From Antedon mediterranea (Eukaryota > Animalia > Echinodermata): a stretch of DNA of 64,000 nt. Under the pieces are notes generated by a model that had not been told where the DNA came from, searched no databases, and was given only the letters and a program-made list of their open reading frames with translations. The position numbers and the translations under genes are program-made. The stretch covers positions 24,254,070 to 24,318,069 of the forward strand of contig NC_092671.1 of assembly GCF_964355755.1 (NCBI RefSeq), in the 5' to 3' direction. Shown piece by piece: positions 36,960 through 50,971 of the stretch (its first letter is position 1; each line of letters opens with the position of its first letter).

Positions 36960-39255
36960 TTGATAAGAGCGAGCTGTCTGTCACTGGCCGTATGAATGCA
37001 TTATTACAAAGGTCTTCTAAACTCGGAAAACATGCGACCCTAAAGGTCAAATCTGCTAAAAAACTAAACAACCGACAGATTAAAATGAATTCTATCGACA
37101 TGGTTGCATTTAATGCAACTTTGATCCGTAATAACTCAATTGAGGATGCAGTTAATGTGCTCAACGTAACAAATTTATCGTGCGCGAGCAAATCCAAGAA
37201 CGCAGAAAACCAATTGCTAGACGATAATCGCTGGAATACTCTGATTCAAAGTAATGATAACAAATTCATTTGGGATGCAATCAATTGGAATGGTTCAGTG
37301 AACGGAAACGTTAATATTGAACGAACAGATAAGGATTTTTGCGATCACTTTACAAAATTACTAAATATGCATATGGGCGATACCAATGTCATAAGAAATT
37401 ACGGAGGTCCATACATTCCAATACTAGATGACCCAATCCAGATACGTGAAGTTGAAGAAGCCATTACAAAAGTCAAAGGCTATTTGCTTCAGGCGGTCCC
37501 TCGGGAATACCAGCAGGAATGCTAAAACAGCCATCACCACTCTGGATCGACTTATTTAATACGATATTATTTTTACTTGCTCAGTTTCCAACTCAATGGT
37601 GTTATGCTCGTTTGATTATTTTAAAGTCTGGAAATAGAATTGAATGCTCAAATTGACGTGGTATTACAAATATGGATGCAAAAGTATATTACAGCATTCT
37701 CAATCAACGGTTAATGCGGTGGTTTACGTCCGATAGAGCACAAGCAGGCGCTCAACCACCTTGCTTGGAACATATTGTAATTTTACGTCTGCTTACAAAC
37801 TATGCAATTCATAAAAAACTGAAGTTATTTATTATTTTCGTGGACTTCTCAAAAGCTTATAATAACGTTCCTAGAAATAAATTGATCGATTGTTTAAGTT
37901 TGTTGGGATTTGGATACAAGATGCTATGGGCTATTGCTTCTATGTATAATATTAATAAGTTAGTATAGGATCATCAATAATTCCGTGTACACGTGGTCGC
38001 CGTCAGGGAGCTCCTACATCATGCTTTTTATTCACAGCCTTTGTAAACCCCCTTATCCGTGGGTTTGTTGAAAAATGTGCACCGGATGGTTTTCTTAAAT
38101 CACTACACTGTTTAATGTTAATGGATGATACAGTTATATTAGCTACCTCTCGAGATAAATGTCTGACCAAACTAGATCATTTAATACAATTCTGGTCTGA
38201 TTATTAATGCAAAGAAAACCAAGTTGATGGTTATTAATGGTGATAATTATGATAGAGGCACTATAAATATGTTGTAAAGATGGTAAAGTAATTGAACATT
38301 GTGATAAATATGTATACCTGGGTGCAACATTTACATCTGATGGTCGGTTAGAATCCGCTATTTAAATTTTGTAGCCTTTGTTCGTACAAATTGTAACTAC
38401 CCATTTAATATTAAAAGAAAAGTCTTCCTTGCTGCTTTAATGTCCAGTATATTATATAGTTGTAAATCATGGATGTCAAATTCATTTAAATCTATTCAGG
38501 TATTATATATGTCAGCGATAAAAGCGTTCTTAGGAGTTAGATCATCCACAGTTAATGATATTTGTTTGATCAAACTAGGTTATCCGTCAATTGACAGCAT
38601 GGTAAAAAAGCAGGTTCAATATAAGTTTTTTAATAAAATATTAAATGAAGAAAGGGAGAATATGAATGACGACCCGTTTATGTTGGCATTGTCAATATGT
38701 CGTCTTGCTCAAAGTCCATTTTATCGTTATGTTTGTAGTATTTTAGAGATTCCTGATCATCGTAATAATGATATCTAGAATTCGTAACCCTGTGTTAGAA
38801 TCCACGCATACTAAACTTAGTATATATTGTCGCACTTTAAATCCTTCTCTTGATATTCATCCGATGTATTTTGATCATAATGTACCGGAGCATGAAAGGC
38901 TAGCTTTCTCACGTTTACGACTTATATCTCATAACCTTAGAATAGAAACTGGGCGGTGGTCTCGCACGCCACCCGATGAACGTCTTTGTAAATGCGGCAA
39001 AGTGCAGACCGAATTTCACACATTATGTGAATGCCCATTTACTGCACACATACGCCAAACTTATAATATACATTGTCATACTGTAGCCTTGTGTTTTTAT
39101 TCTCTATTGAACCTTTATTACTGTCAAAATTTGTTTTTGAAGTTCTTAAAGTTAGTGAAAATAATATTTAAGTTTGTTATTGCTATTTTCATGCTTATAG
39201 CCTACTATTTGTATGCCATGTTGGACACTGTCATCCCCAGTTGTCAATAAAAGAT
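36960..39255 (+). mobile_element. Decayed 5'-truncated LINE ORF2 (RTEX/Proto2-like)
   Basis: FIIFVDFSKAY, RQGAPTSCFLF, LMDDTV, YVYLG, C-terminal SHNLRIETGRW...RLCKCG..QTEFH...CP; many stops and frameshifts. Confidence 0.85.
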
Positions 39256-41717
39256 AATAGGTAAACTACACATGTCTTTTTTACATTATTTGTTGGAATT
39301 GATTATTTCCATAAATACATTTGTCACAAGTGATCTTTACTAATTTGTATTGTTTAGCGTTGATTGCCTACTCAACAATAACATATTTTGATATAGCGAC
39401 CGTGCACCGTAGGTCCAGTGTATGCATATTTCTCGTGTGCACTGTGCAATCTAGTACATCTTTCGAGACGAGCAAGGAGTTTTCCTGGTGTACTAGTTCA
39501 CACACACTGTCGTGGACAGACGTAATGGCGCCTTAGTTGGCCGCCGATGACACGATGTGACCCTTAGGGGAGAAGAATGTTGTTGAAAAGGTGTAACATA
39601 AGTCCACAGCGCACTGACCTTTATAAAATAGCACTATATAAATGTTGCATTGGGATAACACAACAAAAATAAACTGATTATTACTACTGTATCAGTCGAA
39701 TAAAACTCACCCAAAGTCCTTTCCATGCTCTGAATTGATTTGGTACCAGCATGACAATACAAATCATAACTAGATTTAATTCGTCACTATGACAAGTTAT
39801 AGATATTTAAATAAAGATAATTGATTTTATTATACTTAATCATCCCATGCGAATTAGCATTATAACCACATCATTTGATACCATGGAACCCCATGGATTG
39901 ATTTTGATTATTTGTAATACAGTATGAAAGATAGGATAGGTAACGCAAATACAATAGCACATGAGCCATATTATACCCTTGAATTGAATAAAACAGTCCG
40001 ATCAAAGATCCCTCCATGTACAGTATGTGTCATAAACCACCATTGAATAAAGATATAAGCTACTTTGGTGCAGATAAATTATTACATACTGCAATGAATC
40101 ATAATTTTTGATTATGATGACAATTTTAAAACAATTTTTAAATGATGCACTGTCAAACTATATACTTTCAACTTTAATACATGAACAGTTTAAAGTAGAA
40201 GGTAAATGTTAAGTTGGTTATATTGGTCCAACAAAATTTCATAGTTTGTTTGATTGTCAAAATTTTAAAAATGTTAATATGTAATTAATGATTATGTAAT
40301 CAACATTTTTTCACTTAATTTTATAATAAATCATACATGATACATAAACTTTAAGAAAAAGAAATAAAAAATTGGTTTCACCGAGCATTCTGACATTGAC
40401 AATCTACAGTATATTAATTTTTAAATTTAGCATATATTTTCACCATTTTGTTAACTTACATGTGCATAGCCGGTCACTTTTTACGTGCTCATATAACACG
40501 GTTTTAAGTTGAAAAGTGAATAAACTATGATGCTCATTGCTAATTTTTATATATAATTTGCAGAGTAATTTTATCAGGGAAGTGTGCGCTTTTATTATAC
40601 TTAATCATCCCATGCGAATTAGCATTATAACCACATCATTTGATACCAAAATAGAATTAAATTTATAATAAGCCAAAATATATTTACACTCTGTACACCG
40701 ACTCATTTTTGTCAATTTTTAATAAATTTTCACATTTTATAAATTAGCTTTATAATTAAAGGCTTTCAATATAAGCAAATGGATAGCATATGATTGGATA
40801 GATACAGTAGTTCATAAAACTAAAAAAATAGTGATTTATTATATAAAAACCAAAATAAATTTACACTACTTTACACTTATATATATACAGTACTCATTTT
40901 TGTAGAAAATAAATAAGATATGCACATTTTAAACAAGAAATATTTCTTATAAAAAACGCTGCTCGCTTATTGACGTAACAGTTTTAAAGATATATTGTCC
41001 CTCTGAAAAATATTTTTTATTTCAAATTTGTGTTTGAATGTGTAATTTTATTGTCACATAATAGTTATTTTACCTGAAAAAAATGTAATTTAAAGCAAAA
41101 AATACTTAAATTGTCTAGTTTTTGAGTTATAATTAAACGTTTCTTTTCTTTTTTTGTGAACAAATATTATTTGTTTGTTACAGAATCTGTGTTTCATATC
41201 AGTCACTTTAGTTTATTTTATTGCTAAGGTCAAGTCTGGGGGTCACTTCATCACACCTAGATACTTCATTCAAGTGTGAAGTATCATCTGACAGGGAATT
41301 ATATAATATCATGGGACTCATAAATACCACAAATGCTTTGGGATTTGTCTTTCCCAGACGTTTTTTGGTGGTACGTATGCATTTCAGCAAAACTTAGATA
41401 TATAACTGCTGCTTTACTTTCGGTTTCTTAATGAGTCATCCTCCTGGGACGTAGGGGGTAAAGCAGCAGCGTATAAAAATAGATTTCAGTACTACAAGTT
41501 GGGTAGCAATGAATATAATATTTTATGGGCTTTTATTTTATACCAAATGGATCTTCCAAGCACAAAATAAATTTGCACTATTTAATATACTCATTTTTGT
41601 CAAAAATTAATAAAATATGCCAATTTTAAAAAAAAATCGAAATCATAATTACAGATTTTCAATGCAAGTTGGGTAGCCCATTTTATGGCTTTCATTTGAT
41701 ACCAAATAAATTATTTA

Positions 41718-42408
41718 CTACAACTCTTACAACTGTAGTGTTAAGGACATGGAAGAACAGCTCAATCGCCTGAACAAAGAAAGTAAAAAGGTTGGCCTAC
41801 AAATGCACAAAGGAAAGACTAAATTTATGACCAACTTCTCGACTCAAGAGACAATAACAATAGACAATCACCAGATTGAGAAAGTTGACAAATATAAATA
41901 CCTGGGGCAGACCTTGAAAATGCTCAACACTACAGAGGAGGAGATATTAACACGTGTAAAAGCAGGTTGGAGAAGCTTCGGGATGCACAAGCATATCCTG
42001 ACCGACCAAGACATTCCCATGTCACTAAGATTAAGAAGCAGGGTGTACAATCAACGAAAGAGATGGACAAAAATTGATAACAACACAAAGAGTGTGATAA
42101 TAGTGAGATACAGAAAAGTACAAAAGTCGAAGACATCATGGTAAAGATCAAAGAATTGAAATGGAGACGGGCAGGACACATAGCCAGAAGAGACGACAAC
42201 AGATGGACGAAGAGATTGAATGAATGGTAGCCGAGGACAGGGAGAAGAAGAAGAGGACGGCAAAAAAGAAGATGGCGTGACGACATAACAACGTACATTT
42301 GAAACAGCAACATGGGAAAGATCGGCAAGGAACAGAACTAAATGGAAACAGCTGGAGGAGGCCTTCACACAGCAGTGGGTGAAATAGGCTATGAGATGAG
42401 ATGAGATG
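41718..42408 (+). mobile_element. 5'-truncated RTE-clade LINE
   Basis: VGLQMHKGKTK, YKYLG, AGHIARRDDNRW; (ATGAG)n tail; 10-bp TSD AAATTATTTA (41708-41717, 42409-42418). Confidence 0.9.
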
Positions 42409-43103
42409 AAATTATTTAATATTACATTTTAAACCTTTGACCCTGATTTTGTGAATTTTTGCCTTGGATAGCAAATTTGGCACACATCCCATGTTGTTCG
42501 TTGGGGTCAAATTATCCTATAACAATTGAGATATTCTCTCCTAAATTAAATGCATACAAATCTGACCCAGGTCCTAGACTATTAGCTCTTTAATATTCGT
42601 AAAGTTAGAAGTAAAAAAGTAAAGTCTAAAGTTCCATATCCAGTATTGCTTTCATTTTTGAGTGAAGGGATAGTGTATCAAAATCCAAAAGCCGTAAATA
42701 CAGGTACTTCCGAATTTTATTCTTGATACAATTGGCAAATACTAGACATTACTTTTACCGTACCAACGGTTAAAAATCTACTGATGAAATCAGAAATTTT
42801 ATTTTAAAACTCTTCATGATATCTTCCTAAAAGAGAATGGAGCAATATTGTATTGGTGTGATGTTACTAAATCTATGTTTCGCGGGACATATGAAATAGA
42901 TACAGTAGGTAAAGGGTAGGTGTCCAAGGAGGAGATCCATACAAAAGCTTTTGCATTGTGTCTATATTTCAGAATTAAGCATAATTTATATATAGATTGT
43001 ATGGATGAAACACTGTAATTTGCCCTAATAAATAATTTGCATAAAACAAATTACCTTTGTACCTCATGTTGCTTTAAATCCCCCCAAAAGTATCCAAGCA
43101 GTA

Positions 43104-46100
43104 TAGTAGAGAGGCCAAATACACAAAAGTCCTCTATAAAAAGTTTGGGGGGCATTTTTTGTTAATAGCAGGCAACCATGTTGAATGTATCCTTTGTGGG
43201 GTGACAAAAACGATAGGGGTGGATGCCATCTTCAGTTTTGGGTTTTAAGGTCAGTTTATGTGGTCAAGAGGTCAAACAAGGTCAAAATATAGGATTTTTT
43301 TTTATTCACGGAAAATCATCTACATTATCAGATCTATCCAAAAAGGTATATCTGAAGATCAACTGATGCTTCATATTGTAGTAATTATGAGATAAACATT
43401 TAATTTTACACATAAAAACATAGGAAATTAAATATAAAAGTGTCATTTTCTCAAAATGTTGTTTTCACATATTTCTGTAAAGTACACACAGTTTTTTAAT
43501 AGGCTTTTTCCAGTCATTGTAAATTTGTCTTTTTCATGTTGTCCACCAGTCATCGTTTTGATTTTTGTCGGAAAAAATAGGTCAAGTGTTATATGTATGA
43601 AACGCCATATGTGCCAAAAGATTGGTCTTTTACTATAATATTAATATTACCTATAATAATTAATGTAATACAGTAATATTTAGAAATTTGTTTTTAGAAA
43701 AATTATTAATATTACCTATAATAATGTAATAATACTTAGAATTTGTTTTTAGAAAAATTTCGAAAACAGAGACCCCCTATATGAACAAGTTTTTATTGAA
43801 GTTTGTTGTTTCAAGAAATCTCGAAAGAGAAACCTGGGTATCGAGTCTTTGCTTTCAAAAACCCTAACTATTGGACTTTATCAAGGTTGGAAGGAGTGGT
43901 AATTGGGGACTTCTTCTTGAGGCCTTCGCATCTATGCTATCATGGCTGACGGTGATAACAAATATAAAACTCCTTAAGTAATTAAGAAGTCCTTTATACA
44001 CATGGATAAAGACGGTTTTAACGTTATTTACAAACATTACGTTACGTACTGTGTCCAGGTATGAAATCCATTTCTCCAAAAAGACATAAACGCACTTGAA
44101 GAGGACAACGTCATGCGACAAATCAAATTCCAGCTATCCATTCTTATTCATATGAAGATTGTTTAAAGTTTCTTGGCCTAACAACCCTGTATGACAGACG
44201 AATTCATGGTGACTTGATTGAAAATTTTCAAAAGATTTCGAGGGTGTAGCCAAGGAAGACTTCCTTCAAATGAGATGCAATCTAAGCAGAAATACACGAG
44301 GACATCAGCTTAGACTTTTTAAACCTAAACTTCACAAAGGACTGATAGGAGATCCACTTTTTCACAATTAGTAATTATATATTTTAATAGTTTGCCAACC
44401 AAAGTCGTCATTTCTGAAACTACCAACACATTTAAAAACCGATTGGATTCGTTGTAGAAATGAGGTTAAAAGGGTAAACAAATTTACCTATCTAAACTAT
44501 CAGAACCAATATTCTAAACACTGAGTGGATGATTGATCAATTCAAAATAGAATCATTGGTATAACATGAAACGCTGTTAAATTCATTGATAGGTTCTGCA
44601 TGACATAGTCAGACTGATCACGAATCACACATAATACACAATATTCTTTCGAACTGACAGATGGTAAGGAAGATCTTATATTTAAAGTAACAACTTATTG
44701 GAAGAAAAAAAACAGTAGAACTTAGAACTTCATGAGCCACTGAGAAAGCATCGCTCTAAACCTTTGCGGATTTCTATAAGGCAACAGTTTCGATAAAGTA
44801 TATAAAAACTGACAGAAAATCTGCTGATCAACCATTGGAGTATGATCATAGCCCAATTTTAATATCTTTAACCAAATATGACTTCACATATCTTGATGGA
44901 TGGCGTTGAAATACCGACAGATGTTCCAGAAGAAAACTTACAGTAAAAACATGATGGTCATGCACTATAGGATGCAGTAAACATGGCTGTAAACATTTGG
45001 TGACTATGCAAGTATTTATTCAAGTTACCTAGATATTTCATCATTTTGTTGTATTTGATCATTACATTGGAAAGGGGTGGATAAAAGCAGTGACACGATT
45101 GAAAGGATAGTCCCAATGTACTAATCTGTACTTCCGTATGTGTTTTGGGCCACACTCATCGGTTTGGAGGAGAACAAATATCACAAAGTTTTTAGACATT
45201 CTTTATGTCAATAACAAAGAGCTTGCAATTATACATGAAAGTTGATGTTAATTAATGATATGCACTTTGTAACAGTAGCCTTCAAAAGTATGGACGATGT
45301 CTGGTATAGTGAACAATAAAGTGGTTGAAAACCTATTAAGAATAATCTAACCAGCTTCCATGCTATTACAGGTTGCAGCACGTCATTATTTGCTGGTTAT
45401 GGGAAGAGGTCATACTAGAAATCATTTGTAACGCATCCACTCCTTGTAAATGGAATTGATTAAGATTAAGACTTTCCACGTACAGTGTACACTAAAGTTT
45501 AATATTGCCAAATATATGGTACTCTTGAGCAGAACTGTATAATAACAGACTACTCTTTGGTGCTACCTCCATCTAGACTCAGTGACCATATACCATTAAC
45601 ACTAGTGATATATATTTCCCTTAAATATTAAGTATTTCACTTCACTCAATAAATATTTAAGTACCTGTATTTCTACTTCGGGAAACACTTAAAATTAAAA
45701 AAACTCGCCTATGGTGAATACAGACATCATAGAACCTAAACATACGAGCCAACTATCAGGCAGAGCTATCAGTAGGCCTATGTGGCCTAAATGAATCGGG
45801 TCGTTTGGAAGCCCCTAACCCAGTAGTCAGTTTGGAACTTGTTACATGTGTATGTAAACTAAAGAGCCAGATGAAGTTGTTACAGAAAGCATGCATATGT
45901 GGTTGTGATTCAATCGTTTGCCGTTACCCAGATGGCTAGTAGGCATTATATATCAGTGCTTGAAGGAATACCCACCTCAGAGCGTTACCTCCTTCCATCC
46001 CAGAAAAATTTCGAATATTGGCATGTGCCCATGCCGCCCATTACTCCCAACCCACAAACCCTCTGTGACCGTTTTTAAATGAAATTTAAGACATTCCAGT

Positions 46101-46631
46101 AGGCCTCCAATTTCGGTTATTTTGATACTCTAGGACTCATCCTCTCCATTCCTTGAACACCTTCCAGGAGTGACTCAAAAAGTTTAAAATCTTCCCAGTA
46201 CAATTCTGGTCTTTTTGACACCACACTATAACCATCAGCTCCAGGCTATCATGAAAATTATATTTATTTCAATTATTAATACCGATAATTAACAGGTATG
46301 TGCTCTATTTGACCTTATGACCTTGAAAATGACCTTTAAACTTGTAAGTTGAAAAATTGATGAACTTCAGCATCTACAGCAATATGTCAATAATGATCCA
46401 ATAATGGTTACATTTCTTTTAATTAGCTTATATGTTGTTGAAAACAGCTTAAACCTCTATTTTACCATATTTGACCTTATAACCTTGAAAATGACCTTTG
46501 ACCTGAAATTTGAGAGCGGCATCCACCCCTATCTTTTTTGTCATCCCATAAGGGATATATTCCACATGGTTGCCTGCTATTAACAGAAAATTCCCCCCAT
46601 GATGAAAAAGCTCACATTGGCCGCCCTACTA
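43104..46631 (+). mobile_element. Old AcademX-type transposon with decayed ORF
   Basis: Termini TAGTAGAGAGGCCAA...TTGGCCGCCCTACTA, 3-bp TSD GTA, diverged long TIRs; remnants FHAITGCSTSLFAGYGKR (about 45356), IRANYQA (45742) and LELVTCVCK Cys-rich tail (about 45832). Confidence 0.8.
44130..44460 (+). mobile_element. CR1-like LINE 3' fragment nested in the Academ element
   Basis: YEDCLKFLGLTTLYDRRIHGDLI, TRGHQLRLFKP, FKNRLD. Confidence 0.75.
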
Positions 46632-47326
46632 GTATGTTCTAGTAAAACAGCATGATAAACCAATTGCTCTGTAGCCACCAAAATATTGAGATGACAAACT
46701 AGGTGATCCTGGCTGGATATTGTGAATGGGATTAAACAGCCAACCTGGGGCACATAGAGAACACTAATAATACAGAACAAATTGCCTTAACTTGAAAGAC
46801 AAAAAAGCAGTTGTTCTTTGTTGGCACCCAATTTTGCTTAGTATTTCCATATATCCTATATGGTATATAATCCTACTTTGGTTCTAATCTCCCCTCCTAC
46901 GTTATGTCTGATTTTAATAACAAACAGCCATCCCCAGGTATTAGTCCCAGATTGACTTTTGGTTTGGATGTAGGCCTTTCTCTAGCCAGTACAGATGCTT
47001 ACCAATTTTTCTTTTTTTTTTTTAACCAGGGTTTCCCCGTGTGTAGTCCCACCCCCACAAAGTCAGCCGATTTCGTGTTCTAGGAGAGTGGGGGATTATA
47101 TCAGAGGATATAAGGATTAATAAATTCAAATTAAGCAAATTTAAGGCAAAGTTAAGACGATTTTTTTTCCTAAGCAAGTTTGATAAATCCGGCCCAGGCT
47201 TTACATTTTTTTAAAAACTTTTTATATGATGATTTTATGTTTATGTTTTGAGTATATATTCCAATAGGCACATTGTGCTTGTGGTTGTAGAATTGTTTGT
47301 CTTATTACTTCCTCTTTTTCATTTAG

Positions 47327-47455
47327 GTACTATGTTGAGGTGAGACATGGAGAGTTTACTTGGAATGTTAAGCACAAGTTTAATCACTTTCGGAGGTTAC
47401 ATGAGGAAATTCTATTATATAAAGCTCAACTGAATGTTCCTATCCCAACTCAAAG
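47327..47455 (+). CDS. PLD1: PLD coding exon 3 (PX domain)
   Basis: tttag|...|gtaaa; YYVEVRHGEFTWNVKHKFNHFRRLHEEILLYKAQLNVPIPTQ. Confidence 0.95.
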
Positions 47456-48216
47456 GTAAAAATCATGTGGTGGACTTTTTCATCGATCAATTCTCCCGAT
47501 TTAGAAATTCTTAACTTTTAGTACCAAATGATAGAGACCTCAACCAGAGACTCAAGAGTGTCTGTTTTCGAGAAATCTCAAAATCAGAGACTCCCAATAA
47601 AACATTACCTTATTAAAACTAACAGTTACCCATGTTCTGCCAAGCCGTTTCTGCCTTGTGATTATACTAATTCGCATTGGATCAGTAAAAATAATAAAAG
47701 AGCACTCTTTCCTAATAAAAATTATACAAATTGAAAAAAGCAAATTGTATCAAGAATGAAATTCTGAACTATTTACGGCCATTGATTTTGTTATACACAA
47801 AGTATTCATTCACTTTGAAATATCTGTAAGTAAGCTAAAAAATAAAAGCTATACTGGATGTGTTAAATTTTGGAATTGTTCTGTGTGAATTTAATCTAAG
47901 GTGTGTGCATCAGAAACCCGTTATTTCAAACGGGTTGAATGGGTTTCAGAAATAGTGATGTGTGTGAAATGGGTCACATTTACCTATAGATAAAATAAAA
48001 AAGTAGACATAAATCGACCTAAATCATACAAATAATCTCATATTTCTCACACATTGTTAATTGTTATGTGGTAATATATAATGTACATGGTAAGTTGTTT
48101 TCATGTTCAACAAATTATCAAACCATTTGGATTTGTTATGTTTGTGTTTTTATTCATTGACATTTTTTTTCATTTTTTTAGATAATTAAAAAAAAATTTG
48201 TTTTTTTAATGTTTAG

Positions 48217-48328
48217 TCACATAGAACGAAGGAAATCTTACAAGCATAACAGAAGCACAAAAGATTTGGCGCACTTTCCACGGACACTAGATGGGATGAT
48301 TACATCATCTGAAATGCCAAAACGAATG
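48217..48328 (+). CDS. PLD1: PLD coding exon 4 (PX domain)
   Basis: tttag|...|gtacag; HIERRKSYKHNRSTKDLAHFPRTLDGMITSSEMPKRM. Confidence 0.9.
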
Positions 48329-48754
48329 GTACAGTAAGGTTGCATTATTTTAGAGTATCACTGCCTTTCCCTATATAGTAGATTACAAGTACGTCTAATT
48401 TATACCTCTAATATATTGCAACAATAACTAAAAATTGCAATTTACAAGTGAGTGCAGCGAGCAGATCTGTAAAAAAAAAGGTATGTTGAGAGGAAAAGTC
48501 ATACATTTTTATGGCAAACAGTGATCTTTCACGATGAGATCCAGAGAAGTAACTATCTTAATTTAGAATTCAGAAACAAAAGTAATGTTCTGCAACTGTA
48601 TTACCAAGTGATAACAATAAACAATTACCCAATGGAATATTTGTAATGCATATTTCACTAAAGCAATATGGTTTATTGAATTATTATTACAATATTATAC
48701 ATACATGTATATAATATGTATTATGTATTTTTTTTATTCTTCATCGGAATGCAG

Positions 48755-48820
48755 CAAGCACTTGAAGGGTACTTACAAGGAATTGCTAAAAACCCTCTTT
48801 ACAGAAATCATCCGAAAGCG
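48755..48820 (+). CDS. PLD1: PLD coding exon 5 (PX domain)
   Basis: gcag|...|gtaagt; QALEGYLQGIAKNPLYRNHPKA. Confidence 0.93.
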
Positions 48821-49013
48821 GTAAGTTATTTATATTAAAATTTTATGTTATTTTTTCACTTGTTTCATTTGAAAAGAATGTCTTGTATCCACCAACAGCC
48901 AAATACCATAGTAATACCAGTAATATAAAAAAAAACCTTTCGAACAGTAATTATATTAGTGTGGTGAAAAACTGTTTGTTTGAAATGAAATGAATATTAA
49001 TTGGTGTAATATA

Positions 49014-49826
49014 CCGTATATTTCGGTGTATAAGTCGCACCTGTGTATAAGACGCACCCCCTAACTGAGAGTAAAATATCGGTATTTTTTATATCGTCGG
49101 TGTATAAGACGCACCTTATATTTCATCAAAACAATATTTTTTTAAATTGTAATCAATATTATTGTAATAATATATTTTGTTATATCTGCAACGGCGTCCT
49201 TTATTTAGGTTTTTTCTTACCTAGGCTCGGCCGCGCCCAGCCTCAACAGCCGCAACATCGAGTGCATGACCGTGTGTGTAACATTACGTGTGGGCTAGCC
49301 TCGCTCGATCATTTCGAGAGGGCACACGTTTTCACGGACAATCGTATTCGATTAGTATCTATGTATGTATCCGAGAATTGAAGTGTGTACGCTAGGTCCA
49401 TGCTATAATCACCTGGAGAATATACTAGTCGAATACCGTACACCATGTGGCCGCCAAGAGGGCTTGCGTTGCGGGTACGGCGATCGTGCATATAACTACT
49501 GTATAAATAAATACTATTCCAATCGTACGTAAACGTTTACAAATGAAATTTTATCGCCATAATGAACAAATCTTTTCATCATATTTAGTATAACATCATG
49601 CTAAAATGCCTTGAAAACTAGGCAGAAGCAGGTTGCCGTTACGTTAGTTAGTTACTGTAGCTAGGCCTAGCCTATCAGTCAGGCCTAGCAAACGAGGTGA
49701 CGATAGCCTAGGCCTATATGTACAATCTGTGTGGTGAGGCATTTATGTTCGGTGTATAAGACGCACCCTTAATTTAGAGGTCAAATTTGCGTGTCAAAAG
49801 TGCGACTTATACACCGAAATATACGG
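49014..49826. mobile_element. pogo/Tigger-like MITE, copy 2 (inverted relative to copy 1)
   Basis: Same TIR and TA TSD; body is the reverse complement of 6296-7112. Confidence 0.92.
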
Positions 49827-49926
49827 TACCAAAATAAACAAACAGTATTCAAACAATCCAGTGAAGTGCTTTGTATTCTCACATTCATAACAAACGTTCC
49901 AGTCAAGTGTATTTTTGCATTCATGC

Positions 49927-50164
49927 GAGTGGAGTTGTGGCTTGGTGGCTATGATGCTTGGCTACCACTCCAAGGGTCCTGGGTTCAAGTCCCGTCACAT
50001 GTCAGGACAAAATTACAATTGCACTCCCAAAGACTTGTAATAAGACTTTGTTTATATAGAGCATCTTGTGTAATGTTAGTCTTCATGTGAACCTCTGAGG
50101 GTCCCTAATGATCAGCAATTGCTGGATGGATCACCCTCATTAAATATCGTAAAAAAAAAAAAAA
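49927..50164 (+). mobile_element. tRNA-derived SINE with poly-A tail
   Basis: TGGCTTGGTGG A box, GGTTCAAGTCC B box, A-run at about 50151-50164. Confidence 0.7.
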
Positions 50165-50971
50165 TAGATATCACAAACGTTATTCTGTGTGCAGTAGGCT
50201 AGCATGTATCGAATCTATAACCAACGTTATAATATTGTGCTTGTGTCGTTGTATGCCCCGTTATTATAACGAACTGACCATCTGCAGACCATGCAAATAA
50301 AGCAACTCGCAGACCAAGTAGGCTATTTACATAAATAAACACTACAATTGGGATGATTTTTAAAAGCATGTAAAAATTATAGAGGACACTATAATACTGT
50401 ATATTAAAAATTACCTAAAACTAATTAAGGTGCTAACTATTAAAAATAGAAATATATTGACATCTATAATAGTAAACATGAGTATTTTACTGTTGGCGTA
50501 GCAAAGGCGAAGAAATGTCAGGTACATTGTATTTTAGCTTGATGTGACACAAAATTGGCATTATCAGGATATTTGTTTTTGTTTACCCAAAATATCAGGA
50601 GAAATTGTAATAGGAGAGTGGGAGATGACACAAAATATCCCAAGACTCTCTGTTATCTCTGTATTCTTCTTGTAAAATATGTACTTGAATGTTTAATAGT
50701 AATATTAGACCTGACTGAGAAAATAAATGAAAGACAGGATGACACTTGAAAGTGTTTCCTTTTTAACATGCAATGTATTTGTTATAATATTATTAACCAT
50801 ACATCATGATTTGATTAATGAAGTAGTGATGATGTCACAGTACACTCTTTTTGTAAATGTAGTCCATCTTGTTAAACCAATGTCAATGATAATACATGCT
50901 CTATGTCTATAAAATTCCTTTAGGTTAAGGGATTAGTAGGACCTATTTTATTTTATCTTGTCACATGTTTA

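Noticed and set aside
43650-43760. About 60-bp local tandem duplication
   Set aside because: AT-rich slippage inside an old transposon; no sign of function
31053-47195. Single 16-kb Harbinger-like element spanning a PLD exon
   Set aside because: End types match but flanks (CTG versus AGG) give no TSD and an essential exon lies between; more likely two separate truncated copies
48181-48216. Alternative upstream acceptor for PLD coding exon 4
   Set aside because: Adds 35 nt and breaks the frame; the 48217 acceptor gives the conserved protein
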